The notes under the pieces were generated by a model, which saw only the letters and a program-made list of their open reading frames with translations, had not been told where the DNA came from and ran no database searches. A stretch of 64,000 nucleotides of DNA, taken from contig OZ241867.1 of assembly GCA_965203175.1 (NCBI GenBank), positions 6,080,001 to 6,144,000 of the forward strand. The letters are read 5' to 3'. Below, piece by piece: positions 48,558-58,120 of this stretch (its first letter is position 1; every line of letters begins with the position of its first letter). The stretch comes from Candidatus Latescibacterota bacterium. GTDB lineage: Bacteria > Latescibacterota > UBA2968 > UBA8231. Position numbers and translations under genes: made by a program.

Positions 48558-49396
48558 GCCCGAAACGGATTCTCCTCCCCCTCGGCCCGATGCCGATAGA
48601 GCGGCTTAACCGTCTCCGGCAGGGCTTCGTAGGCTTCCCTCGGCACAATCGCATTGTTGCGTCCGCCAAATTCCACGCTCAACCACCACGGACAATAGCG
48701 CGTAATAATCGCCACCCTCGGCTCCGGACTAGGATTCGCCGCGGTAGAATGCCAGATCCGACTGTCCATCACCAGCGCACTGCCCTCCGGACCGACAACC
48801 TGAATCTCTCCGCGAATCGGCTTGAACTGATCCATCCTCTCTTCCAGCCCTTCGGGCGTCTGGTGCATCCGCGGATTGAGCGGATCGCGGTGACTGCGCG
48901 GCACCACCCACGTCCCACCCGTCTCCGGACCAAACGGCGACAGCATCCACAGTACCGATAGCTGCATGGTCACATTTGGGAAGGGCTGCGCCACCCGGCC
49001 GGCGAAATCCCTATCGGTCAGGTCGTGCGGCCAATCCGAGTGAAAGCCGCGCCAGTCCAAGTCCTCGCGGTTGGGCACTTGCGTCTTAAACTCGGTTTGC
49101 GCGATCCGCACGTGCCCGCCAAAAACCGCCTGCGCCACCCCCAACAAACGCTCGTCGCCCAGATACGGCGCAAACTCTGATAAATACGCGATCAGGCAAA
49201 CGCCCGGCTCGCCGTTGGGCCCGGTCTGCCGCCCGATGTGCCCGCCCATGGCCTCGTAGTCCTGCTGCGCCTTTGCGTGCGCCTCTTGCACGTGCGCCCG
49301 CACCCGGTCTATGGCGTCCTCCGGAATAATCCGCTCCAACACGCACCACCCTTCGCGGCGCAATTGATCCACTTTTTCCTTTATCTCAGCGTCCAT
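48554..49396 (-). CDS. PhyH-family Fe(II)/2-oxoglutarate dioxygenase
   Basis: EGWCVLE, FHSD, GGTWVVPRSH, IWH..A.N...R; ATG 49396 after GAGG. Confidence 0.85.
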   Translation of the reverse strand: MDAEIKEKVDQLRREGWCVLERIIPEDAIDRVRAHVQEAHAKAQQDYEAMGGHIGRQTGPNGEPGVCLIAYLSEFAPYLGDERLLGVAQAVFGGHVRIAQTEFKTQVPNREDLDWRGFHSDWPHDLTDRDFAGRVAQPFPNVTMQLSVLWMLSPFGPETGGTWVVPRSHRDPLNPRMHQTPEGLEERMDQFKPIRGEIQVVGPEGSALVMDSRIWHSTAANPSPEPRVAIITRYCPWWLSVEFGGRNNAIVPREAYEALPETVKPLYRHRAEGEENPFRA

Positions 49397-49487
49397 AAAC
49401 CCTCTCATTCTCGGTTGCTCAAGCAATTGCGTACTGCTATACTAGACCCACTCACTAATGCACCCCATCCTTTTCCCGGCCCTTCTC

Positions 49488-50753
49488 ATGCACATCACCA
49501 ACATCGAAGTCCACGCCATCTGCCCGCCGTATTGCGACTTCAACGCCCTGGCGCTGGCCCGCTACCACGGCGCGCGCCTCCAACGCCGCGCCATCCTCGT
49601 CGTCCACACGGACAACGGCCTAGAGGGCCTCGGCGAGAACATCGGCGACGCGCCTGACGGCGACGCCTTGCGCGCAAAATACATCGGCACCTCGCCCTTT
49701 GACTGGATCAACGCCGAGCAGGACCTCGCCATGAACATGGCCTGCTACGACCTAATGGGCAAGCACCTCGGTATCCCCGCGTGGAAGCTGATCGGCCCCA
49801 AGGTCCGCTCGTGGATTCCGGTCGCCGCTTGGACCGTGGCCCAAGCTCCAGACGCCATGGCCGAAGAAGTGCGCCAAGCTGCCGCTCGCGGCTATCACTG
49901 GATCAAGTACCACGTCGATGAAATGCAGGACGTCATCGCCCAAACCGAGGCCATGCAGGAGGCTGCTCCACCCTATTTCAAAATCCACTACGACTTCAAC
50001 GCCAACAGCAACTACTACACCATGCGCACCATTCTCGCCGAGCTGGTCAAATTCCGGGTCGCCGGCCGCTTTGAAGACGTGGTCCAAGGCACGGACGAAG
50101 ACGCCTATCGCATGTTGCGCGAGCAGTGCCCGCTGCCCATCATCGGCCACCACGTCCCGCCCGAAGCCATGACCAAGCGCTACGTCGATGGGACCATGGC
50201 CGGGCACGCCCCCATCGGCAGTGCCATCAAAGCCGCCGCCATTGCCGAGCGGCTCAACATGCCCCTCATGTACCAACAGACCGGCGGCATTATCAATCAA
50301 GCCTTTTTGGCCCACGAAGTCGCAGTATTCAAAATGGCCACCATCGACCACGTCAATTGCTGCCACCTATGGCAAGAGGACGTGGTCAAAGACCCCATGC
50401 CCGTAATCGACGGCAGCGTCGCCGTGCCCCAAGGGCCGGGCCTAGGCGTCGAACTCGATCGCGCACAATTGGAAAAATTGGCCAGCGCGGCCCCGGTCGA
50501 TAGAGGCCGCTTCTTGATCCGCATCCGCTCCGCCGGTGGCCTCACCGCGTATGTGCGCCACGACCCCGAGCCGAGCGGCTCTACCGACAATCTGCGCTTC
50601 CACGACCGCTTGCACCGCCAAGGCGTTCCCGGGCGGCCACCTTCGTACGCCAACCCGCTCACCACTGAATTCTGGGACGCAGAAAAAGACCCCGAGCACT
50701 TTGAGGAACTGTGGCAGGCTACGGCCGACGGCCCTTTATGGAAAGAGGAATAG
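49488..50753 (+). CDS. Mandelate racemase/muconate-lactonizing (enolase superfamily) protein with C-terminal extension
   Basis: VHTDNGLEGLGE, ACYDLMGK.LG.P.WKL.G.KVR, DFN, ED, PQGPGLGVELD. Start 49488 or 49458. Confidence 0.85.
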   Translation: MHITNIEVHAICPPYCDFNALALARYHGARLQRRAILVVHTDNGLEGLGENIGDAPDGDALRAKYIGTSPFDWINAEQDLAMNMACYDLMGKHLGIPAWKLIGPKVRSWIPVAAWTVAQAPDAMAEEVRQAAARGYHWIKYHVDEMQDVIAQTEAMQEAAPPYFKIHYDFNANSNYYTMRTILAELVKFRVAGRFEDVVQGTDEDAYRMLREQCPLPIIGHHVPPEAMTKRYVDGTMAGHAPIGSAIKAAAIAERLNMPLMYQQTGGIINQAFLAHEVAVFKMATIDHVNCCHLWQEDVVKDPMPVIDGSVAVPQGPGLGVELDRAQLEKLASAAPVDRGRFLIRIRSAGGLTAYVRHDPEPSGSTDNLRFHDRLHRQGVPGRPPSYANPLTTEFWDAEKDPEHFEELWQATADGPLWKEE

Positions 50754-50754
50754 G

Positions 50755-51564
50755 ATGAACGAAGACGAAAAGTATTTTTTCGACCTCAACGGCTACATCG
50801 TCGTACCCAACGTCTTGTCGGCCGAGGACATCGCGCTGGCCAACGAGGCCATTGACCGCCATGCCGATCAGATCCACGAGCGCACGGGCGAGCTGTCGCT
50901 GTCGGCTGGCTCCAAGGCGCTCGAAGGCGTCACCGGACGCGGCGACCTCGGCGGCGCGCTCTCGTGGCCCGACCCGGATGGCCGCCCTTTCCGCGACATG
51001 CTGGTCAACCCCAAGATCGTGCCCTTTCTGCACGAGATTTTGGGCACCGGCTTCCGCCTCGATCACAATCTCGGCATCATCACCATGCGCAAAGGGGCCG
51101 AGGGCCACCTCCTGCACGGATCGTCCGGCCCCGGCTTTGACCGCCACCAGTACTACATCTTCAAAGACGGCAAAATGCACAACGGCCTGACCGTAGCCGC
51201 CTATCAACTCACGGATGTGCGCGAGGGCGACGGAGGCTTGTGCTTGATCCCCGGCAGCCACAAGGGCAACTATCCCTGCCCGATGGCGCTCCGACGCGGC
51301 GAGGCGTACCGCGAATTCATCAAGCCGATCACCTGCAACGCCGGCGACTGCATCATATTCACCGAGGCCACCACCCACGGCACCCTACCTTGGACCGCCG
51401 ACCACGACCGCCGCACTGCCCTCTTCCGCTTCTCACCGGGCAACCTCGCCTACGTACCCCACAACTGGTCCGAAGACATGCTCGCCCTAATGACCGACGA
51501 GCAGCGCAAAGTTCTAGAGCCGCCCTATCACTCGCGGCTGGAACGTCCCGTGTTGGAAATGTAG
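50755..51564 (+). CDS. PhyH-family Fe(II)/2OG oxygenase with an atypical H-G-S triad
   Basis: YFFDLNGY, LLHGSSG, DGGLCLIPGSHK, AGD.IIF.EATTHGT, RR. Confidence 0.82.
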   Translation: MNEDEKYFFDLNGYIVVPNVLSAEDIALANEAIDRHADQIHERTGELSLSAGSKALEGVTGRGDLGGALSWPDPDGRPFRDMLVNPKIVPFLHEILGTGFRLDHNLGIITMRKGAEGHLLHGSSGPGFDRHQYYIFKDGKMHNGLTVAAYQLTDVREGDGGLCLIPGSHKGNYPCPMALRRGEAYREFIKPITCNAGDCIIFTEATTHGTLPWTADHDRRTALFRFSPGNLAYVPHNWSEDMLALMTDEQRKVLEPPYHSRLERPVLEM

Positions 51565-51597
51565 CCGCGTCCGATAGAAACCTGACGAAGCAATCGC

Positions 51598-51713
51598 GCC
51601 GATGCACACATGAGTTTCTATGTAGCTGGAACGGCAGCGTATGGTTGAGACACGGACATATTGGAGGACGAGGCGTTGCGGGAATTGCTGGGCTCAACAT
51701 GGTGAGCAAGTAA
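51598..51713 (+). pseudogene. Decayed 3' remnant of a Type IIG/MmeI-like restriction-modification methyltransferase
   Basis: Reads ADAHMSFYVAGTAAYG*DTDILEDEALRELL(fs)LNMVSK*. This matches the C-terminal pattern AH..LD.AV.AAYGW..D..DD..L..LL.LN, with TGA at 51646 in place of W and a frameshift near 51691. Confidence 0.6.
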
Positions 51714-51753
51714 CAGTAATGAAAACTTTAACAAAGCTTGAGAAAGGTTTGGA

Positions 51754-52671
51754 GTGAATAATTATTGGTTAAAGAGGTACCTTGAAATTGAAGGGAAGTT
51801 GAATTGGGATCGAAATAGAGTAGAAATACTCGAATCTCTTATCAGAGAGACTTCCTATTTTGTTGTAGATCTTGAACGCCTCATACCTAATCCGTCACCG
51901 TTCAACGAAGGCGAAGTTGTCGCCCAATGCATCAAAGGGACCTACGATCAGGAAAAGGCCAAATCCTGGGTATATATGCATTTATATGGGCATGCAGTTC
52001 GTCAGGCGAACGCAATAGGCATTCTTATAGAAGAATCGTGTATACAATCAGGACTACAGCTATGGCGATCACTCTTTGAGGCTTATGTAATCTGTGAATT
52101 TCTTGCAATACATTGCAGCGAAAATCCGCAAATATTCCGAGACTATATCAGTCATAGCCTATTACGGTCCTGGATCCGAAGTAAAGAAAACTATAACAAT
52201 ATCTGCAAGGAGAAAGGAAAGGAGTCTCGTTACGATGAGTCAGAAATCTGCTCTATGAAGGAAATATTTAAATGTAAATTTGTATCCTTAGGTAGGGACT
52301 ATTCGTGGGCTAGATCAATTTTTGAATATATACCAGATTTTAGAAATATATTAGATAGAGTGGATAGCGATATGGAAATTTTCTATCATTTATCTTCGAA
52401 GGAAATCCATCCTACCATTGGACATCGATTTGCTTTAGCTGGCCTAAGTCTCCCTTTACCAATGATTCCTATGATGCCTATAAACGATGTATTCAATTTG
52501 GAGGAAATGTATCTTGACTATTTGACTGCCAAGCCACTAGTCCAGATGACAAGCCGGATAAGTGACTTTCTGATTCTCGACGAATCATTGCTGAAACGTT
52601 TGGAATCTCTTAGGAAACTAGGTAAAGATGTGCTAAACAAGCTAGTAAAAGAGGTGCCAAGCGACAGTTGA
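51754..52671 (+). CDS. AT-rich DUF5677-like (HEPN-related) protein
   Basis: Low GC; LWRSLFEAY, YSWA and FYHLSSKEIHP motifs; GTG start after AAAGG. Confidence 0.65.
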   Translation: MNNYWLKRYLEIEGKLNWDRNRVEILESLIRETSYFVVDLERLIPNPSPFNEGEVVAQCIKGTYDQEKAKSWVYMHLYGHAVRQANAIGILIEESCIQSGLQLWRSLFEAYVICEFLAIHCSENPQIFRDYISHSLLRSWIRSKENYNNICKEKGKESRYDESEICSMKEIFKCKFVSLGRDYSWARSIFEYIPDFRNILDRVDSDMEIFYHLSSKEIHPTIGHRFALAGLSLPLPMIPMMPINDVFNLEEMYLDYLTAKPLVQMTSRISDFLILDESLLKRLESLRKLGKDVLNKLVKEVPSDS

Positions 52672-52727
52672 TTGAACACGTCAATCAACCAAAACCTTCA
52701 ACAAAACCCATAGCTCAGGAAGCCTTC

Positions 52728-53561
52728 ATGTCTAAGCGCAAAATCGTCGTCACCGGTGCTGCCGGATACGTCGCCGGCCGCATGTTACCGGCCCTACAGG
52801 AACGCTACGAAACCGTTCTGCTGGATGTGAAAACGACCAGTCGTCAAGGTGAAGAAGTCGCAGGAATCCACATCGCCGATCTGCGGGAGAAAGACCGCGA
52901 TAAATATCGGGAACACTTCCGAGGTGCCGACGCGGTAGTCCACTGCGGCTTCGTCCGAACCGGGCAAGGCGAACAGCGCTTCTGGAACGAGGCTGACAAT
53001 ATTACCATGGCCCACAATGTGTACCGAGTCTGCCAAGACGAGGGCGTGCGGCGAGCCGTGATCGTCAGCTCTAATCACGCAGCCGACTACTACGAAAACT
53101 TGATCTGGTCGGGACGCATGGATTTTGTCACGCCCGACATGCTGCCGCTATCGGACAATTTCTACGGCTGGGCCAAGGCATCGTATGAACTGTTGGGCTT
53201 TATGTTCGCCTGTGGCAAGGAAGGACCAGTCCTAGAAAACGTGCAATTGCGCATCGGCGGCCCCCGCGAGACCGACATTGACAACTGCGGCAACGATCTA
53301 CAGCAAATGCACCGAGGCTTGGGAGCCTATCTCAGCGTGCGCGACCAAGTGCAACTCGTAACCAAGAGCATTGAGACCGAGGACATCCGCGACGCCAACG
53401 GTGTACCCTTCCAGATTTTCTACGGCATCAGCGGCAATGCACACAACTTCTGGAGCTTGGCCAACGCCCGGCGTGCGATCGGCTACGCGCCCCAAGACGA
53501 CAGCCAAGTGCGCTTTGCCGACAAAATCGCGGCGATTACGCAGGCGGCGCAGGACGAATAG
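52728..53561 (+). CDS. NAD-dependent epimerase/dehydrogenase (uronate dehydrogenase-like SDR)
   Basis: VTGAAGYVA, SSNHA, YGWAK, LRIG, FYGISGN, GYAPQDDS. Confidence 0.85.
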   Translation: MSKRKIVVTGAAGYVAGRMLPALQERYETVLLDVKTTSRQGEEVAGIHIADLREKDRDKYREHFRGADAVVHCGFVRTGQGEQRFWNEADNITMAHNVYRVCQDEGVRRAVIVSSNHAADYYENLIWSGRMDFVTPDMLPLSDNFYGWAKASYELLGFMFACGKEGPVLENVQLRIGGPRETDIDNCGNDLQQMHRGLGAYLSVRDQVQLVTKSIETEDIRDANGVPFQIFYGISGNAHNFWSLANARRAIGYAPQDDSQVRFADKIAAITQAAQDE

Positions 53562-53562
53562 A

Positions 53563-54633
53563 ATGAGCGAATCCAACGACGAAATTCGCGTTGATGCAGA
53601 AGAACTACTGGAACTAGTCGTCGCCGTTTTCGAGCGGTGCGGCATGTCCCAAGCGGACGCAGCTCTATTGGCCGATTCGCTCGTGGACGCGGATCTATGC
53701 GGAACCCACTCGCACGGCGTCATACGAGTGCCCGAGTACGCGAAGAAGCTGACAGTTAAAGGCGTGAACCCGACCGCCAAGCCCGAAATCGTCCGCGAAG
53801 GTCCTTCGTTCGTCATAGTAGATGGACGCAATTCAATGGGACAAATCGGCACTGCCTTGGCCATGCGGCAGGTGATCGGCAAAGCAGCGCAGACCGGCAT
53901 CGCCGCGGGAGCCATTCGCGGCAGCAATCACTGCGGTGCCATGGCGTATTTCACCCGCATGGCGCTGCCGCACGACATGATCGGAATCGCAACCACAAAT
54001 GCGATCCCAACGATGGCACCTTGGGGAGGTGCCGAGCGGATCTTGGGCATTAATCCGCTTGCGATCTCCGTACCGGCAGGAGAGATGTCTCCCATCGCGT
54101 ACGACGCCGCGTTTAGCGGGTCTTCCCACGGAAAGATTCGGATCTACCAACAGAAAGGGATGTGCATACCCGAGGGGTGGGTTCTAGACCGGGAGGGCCG
54201 GCCCACGACCGACCCCAACGTGGCGATCGACGGCCTGCTAGCCCCCATCGGAGGGTTCAAAGGGGCTGGGCTGGCGATGATCATGGGCGTCCTTTCGTCT
54301 ATGCTTTCCGGTGCCAGCTACGGGACCGAACTAGGAAGTATCAAGGAGGGACCGATCCCCGGAGAAGACGGCCACTTTGTCGCCGCTATCCACATCGCCT
54401 CCTTCGAAGACGTCGAACGCTTCAAGTCAAGAGTGGACGCCGCCATCCAACAGATCCACGACTGCCGACTCGCTCCCGGTTTTGACCGAGTGTACGCTCC
54501 AGGCGAACTAGAAGCGATTCGCCGCGTTGAATATCGCGAGAAGGGAATCCCACTCAATCGCGTGACGCTGGCAGATATGCGAAAGACGGCGGAGCAACTC
54601 AGTATCGACGTGAACGAATACACATGGCTTTAG
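53563..54633 (+). CDS. Ldh_2 (AllD/ComC/YiaK-type) oxidoreductase
   Basis: ADLCGTHSHG, SNHCGA, GINP, IPEGW.LD.EG.PTTDP, GGFKG.GL, PGE. Confidence 0.9.
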   Translation: MSESNDEIRVDAEELLELVVAVFERCGMSQADAALLADSLVDADLCGTHSHGVIRVPEYAKKLTVKGVNPTAKPEIVREGPSFVIVDGRNSMGQIGTALAMRQVIGKAAQTGIAAGAIRGSNHCGAMAYFTRMALPHDMIGIATTNAIPTMAPWGGAERILGINPLAISVPAGEMSPIAYDAAFSGSSHGKIRIYQQKGMCIPEGWVLDREGRPTTDPNVAIDGLLAPIGGFKGAGLAMIMGVLSSMLSGASYGTELGSIKEGPIPGEDGHFVAAIHIASFEDVERFKSRVDAAIQQIHDCRLAPGFDRVYAPGELEAIRRVEYREKGIPLNRVTLADMRKTAEQLSIDVNEYTWL

Positions 54634-54653
54634 GACATTGGGGTACTTGGACT

Positions 54654-54971
54654 TCAGATTTCACAGGTGTCTCCATTACACTCCTGACCCGCATTTCCCA
54701 TGATTTTCTGAATTGCCGGTAGATACAATAGAAGTCCAAACAGAAAAAATACGGGCACTTGTAAACACACTTTTCGAGTGGCATAAATGCCCGTGAAAAC
54801 CTTGTTCTGCTGTTTGTCAACCACGACTATTTTTCCAATAGGTACTTCTCCCAATGGCGAATCATCGGTCGATAGTTCGATTCGACCAAACCAATCCATT
54901 TGAGCCGTGTGTTTAGCCTTACGCACACAATATGGGCAGTTTGGATTGTAGTATAGAGCAAGTCGTGTCAT
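54654..54971 (-). CDS. DCC1/DUF393-like thiol-disulfide oxidoreductase
   Basis: YNPNCPYC N-terminal CxxC; C-terminal CNGDTC. Confidence 0.7.
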   Translation of the reverse strand: MTRLALYYNPNCPYCVRKAKHTAQMDWFGRIELSTDDSPLGEVPIGKIVVVDKQQNKVFTGIYATRKVCLQVPVFFLFGLLLYLPAIQKIMGNAGQECNGDTCEI

Positions 54972-54997
54972 ATTGCGGTTGCTGTTAAATATCCCAA

Positions 54998-56416
54998 CTA
55001 CCACCAACCAAGCATCTTCCACCAGATCAACCCAATACCCAACCAAATCGCCAAATGATACAGCGACACCATAAAACCGCTAGCGAACCACCTTCGCGGT
55101 GATACGTAATCCAGACCAAAGTAGATTATCACCGGCCCCGTCGAGTAATTGGTCGTACACCCACAGAGATTAGAAAAATATGCGAATACAGCGACCGTGA
55201 GCATCGCCGGTGCCCCCGCGCCTAGCGCCACCGCTAAAAACACCGTACCCATCGCGGCAATGTGCGCCGACAACATCGAAAAACTGTACATCGAATAGAA
55301 GTAAATCAGCGCCATAACCAAGACAACCGTTATACCGCTGACATCGGCAAACCACGCGCCGACAGCCTGGGCAAACCAATCAATAAACCCGTGCTCCTTG
55401 AGGCTTCTCGCCATAGTCAGCAAACCACCAATCCATATAAGCGTCTCCCAAGCCTTATCGTTCTCCACCATATCCTGCCATTTTTCGGTATGGGTGATGA
55501 GCAAAACAGAGACGCCGATCCAAGCGACCACTGTTGTATGCATTCCATGAATCGGCTTGGTCACCCACAACAGAAGCAGAACCGGCAACACTACTCCCAT
55601 AATTTTCTCACCCCTGCTCCACCTGCCCATCTTCTGAAGTTCCCTTTGCGCGACCGCCTGCGCTGCACGGGTATCCGTCAGCGTCGGCTTTGCTAGCAAA
55701 AAGATAAATACCGGCAGCAGCGCTAGTCCGACGAGTCCCGGCACCACCGACCCAAGCACCCACGTCCCCCAATCAAAGGTGACGCCAAACACCGCTTGGG
55801 CGGCCTGCGCCACCATTGGATTGGCCGCCATGCCCGTGAGAAACATTGCCGCGGTGATCAGATTGGCGTGCGAGCCAACCAGCGCAAGATAGGTTCCCGC
55901 TCTCTCGGGATGCCGAGTCGGATAGGAGTCCAACGCTTCGGCCAAGGAGCGCACGATGGGTGCTAAAATACCGCCACCGCGCGCGGTATTTGAAGGCACC
56001 ACTGGTCCTAGCAACAACTCCGCACCACAGATCGAGTATCCCAATCCCAACGGCGATTTCGCCAAGCGACTGACCAACAAAAGCGCCAACCGCCGCCCCA
56101 ATCCCGTACGGATAATGCCGCCAGCCAGCAGAAAAGCAGCGACGATCAACCAGACCATTGGGTCGCCATACCCAGACATCGCCTCTTGTATTGTAATTAT
56201 GCCAGTCGCCGTCAGCGCCACTAAACCGAATATCACCATCGCGCCGATCGGATAAGGGCGCAGAATAAAGCTCACAATTACCGCGATAAAAACCGAAAAA
56301 ACATGCCAACCTTTAACTGGCAGATCTTCGGGAATGGGCATGAACCAGAGCACCCCTGCCAAAAGCACACAAACCCCAAATCGCAAAACACTCTGCTGCC
56401 CCATCAGTTCCGTCAC
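54998..56416 (-). CDS. DASS-family (CitT/DiT-like) dicarboxylate/anion transporter
   Basis: TGLGRRLA, PSNTARGGGI, SAMFLT-like AAMFLTGMAANP, W.TL.W, Y.TGP..IYFG..Y; GTG start after AAGGAG (ATG 56404 alternative). Confidence 0.9.
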   Translation of the reverse strand: MTELMGQQSVLRFGVCVLLAGVLWFMPIPEDLPVKGWHVFSVFIAVIVSFILRPYPIGAMVIFGLVALTATGIITIQEAMSGYGDPMVWLIVAAFLLAGGIIRTGLGRRLALLLVSRLAKSPLGLGYSICGAELLLGPVVPSNTARGGGILAPIVRSLAEALDSYPTRHPERAGTYLALVGSHANLITAAMFLTGMAANPMVAQAAQAVFGVTFDWGTWVLGSVVPGLVGLALLPVFIFLLAKPTLTDTRAAQAVAQRELQKMGRWSRGEKIMGVVLPVLLLLWVTKPIHGMHTTVVAWIGVSVLLITHTEKWQDMVENDKAWETLIWIGGLLTMARSLKEHGFIDWFAQAVGAWFADVSGITVVLVMALIYFYSMYSFSMLSAHIAAMGTVFLAVALGAGAPAMLTVAVFAYFSNLCGCTTNYSTGPVIIYFGLDYVSPRRWFASGFMVSLYHLAIWLGIGLIWWKMLGWW

Positions 56417-56711
56417 TGTATAAATACTCCTTTCCCTGTCATACTCCCGCAAAAGAGCGATTTTGAGTCAAATCCACGGCCAGTCTCCATAATAGCCCTC
56501 AACGCGGTAACCGTCCAGATGAGTGCGAGTCAGCTCAAGGCGGCGATGGGATCGTTCCTTTGTCCTTGCATGATGACTTTTTTCGATGTATTAATTGTGT
56601 AGGCGCTGTGTTTAGGTCTTGATTGCAATCCTGCAACAACCGTAAATAAGACCTAAGTCATTAATATATCACAACTTATATCACTGTTGGCGTTTTATCG
56701 GGGAGGGTACA

Positions 56712-58085
56712 ATGGCCAATAAAGTGACGATTTTTGGCGCGGGCAGCGTGGTGTTTTCGCTCGGCTTGGTCAAGGATTTGTGTCTGACCAAGGCACTGAA
56801 CGGCAGCCACGTCTGTTTTATGGACATCAACGAGGAAGTGCTCGATGTCATTTATGCACTCGGGCAGCGCTATGCCGAGGACTTGGGCGCAGATATGACG
56901 TTTGAGAAAACCACGGAGCAAGGAGCGGCGTTAAAAGACGCCGATTTTGTAATCAATACGGCAACGGTGACGCACAACGAGTACTTCATGCAGCGCCGGC
57001 GCAACATGACGGCCAAACTCGGCTATTTTTACAACAGAACCGGCATGCCCGAATATCACAATTTGCAACTGATGTTGAACGTGGCAAAAGACATGGAAAA
57101 GCTGTGTCCCGATGCGTGGATTTTGTTGGCGGGCAACCCAGTCTTTGACGGAACGACTTTGATGACGCGGGAGACGGGAATTAAAGTGTGCGGCTTGTGT
57201 CATGGGCATTACGGCTATACGGGCGTGGCCCGCACATTGAGACTGGATCCCGCTAAGGTTACGTGGCAAGCGCCGGGGTTAAACCACAATATCTGGCTAA
57301 CGGATTTCATCTACGAAAACGAAGACATGTATCCGAAGCTGGATAAATGGATTGCCGAGGAAAGCGAATCGTACTGGGAGAGAATGACCCGGGAAGGCAA
57401 GGCGATCCCCACGCAAATGTCGCGCGCGGCGATCCATCAATACAAGCTGTACGGCCTGATGCCCATTGGCGACACGCCTCGGCGGGGCGGCTGGTGGTAT
57501 CACACGGATTTGGCGACGCGAAAATACTGGTACGACCCCAATGGCGGCAAAGACACGCCGGCCGGACGCGATGCGGTTTTAGCTGGCAAGGCCAAAAAAT
57601 ACGAGCAGATGAAGGCGGCAGCCTACGACGAAAAAATCCGGCCGATTGATCTGTTCGGCGATCAGATGACGGCCGAGCAGCACATTCCCATTATGAATGG
57701 ATTGGTCAACAACGTCGAAGGTCAGTTTCAGGTGAATGTGCCCAACTGCGGGGCGCTGCCGGGCATTCCCGACGACGTGGCAGTGGAAGTCCCTGCGATT
57801 GTCAATAAGAAGGGCATTCAGCCTTTACGCGTACCGCCATTGCCCAAGAAGATCATGCTGGAATGCATCTATCCCGATTGGCTTGAGATGGAGCGCACCC
57901 TCGAAGCGGTTTTGTCGGGCGATAAATCGATGATGCTATTCGGCGTGCTCGAAAGCAAAGAGACGAAATCGTACGAGCATGGCCTGGAGACGCTGGACGC
58001 GCTGTTTAATATTGAACCCAATGAACCGATGAAGTACGTGGAAGATATAAACGCACATTTTTCTTGGCCGAAGAACTGGTCGTAG
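56712..58085 (+). CDS. Glycoside hydrolase family 4 (NAD+/Mn2+-dependent alpha-glycosidase)
   Basis: GAGSVVF, DADFVIN, NP, GLCHGH, GLNH.IW, PIGDT, AEQHIP, VEVPA. Confidence 0.9.
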   Translation: MANKVTIFGAGSVVFSLGLVKDLCLTKALNGSHVCFMDINEEVLDVIYALGQRYAEDLGADMTFEKTTEQGAALKDADFVINTATVTHNEYFMQRRRNMTAKLGYFYNRTGMPEYHNLQLMLNVAKDMEKLCPDAWILLAGNPVFDGTTLMTRETGIKVCGLCHGHYGYTGVARTLRLDPAKVTWQAPGLNHNIWLTDFIYENEDMYPKLDKWIAEESESYWERMTREGKAIPTQMSRAAIHQYKLYGLMPIGDTPRRGGWWYHTDLATRKYWYDPNGGKDTPAGRDAVLAGKAKKYEQMKAAAYDEKIRPIDLFGDQMTAEQHIPIMNGLVNNVEGQFQVNVPNCGALPGIPDDVAVEVPAIVNKKGIQPLRVPPLPKKIMLECIYPDWLEMERTLEAVLSGDKSMMLFGVLESKETKSYEHGLETLDALFNIEPNEPMKYVEDINAHFSWPKNWS

Positions 58086-58120
58086 AAAGGAACCATCCTC
58101 AAAGCAAAGGCTGAATAGCA

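Noticed and set aside
56465-56590. Minus-strand reading ...RRLELTRTHLDGYRVEGYYGDWPWI* upstream of the DASS gene
   Set aside because: It has no start codon and no recognisable family; possibly a remnant but unsupported.
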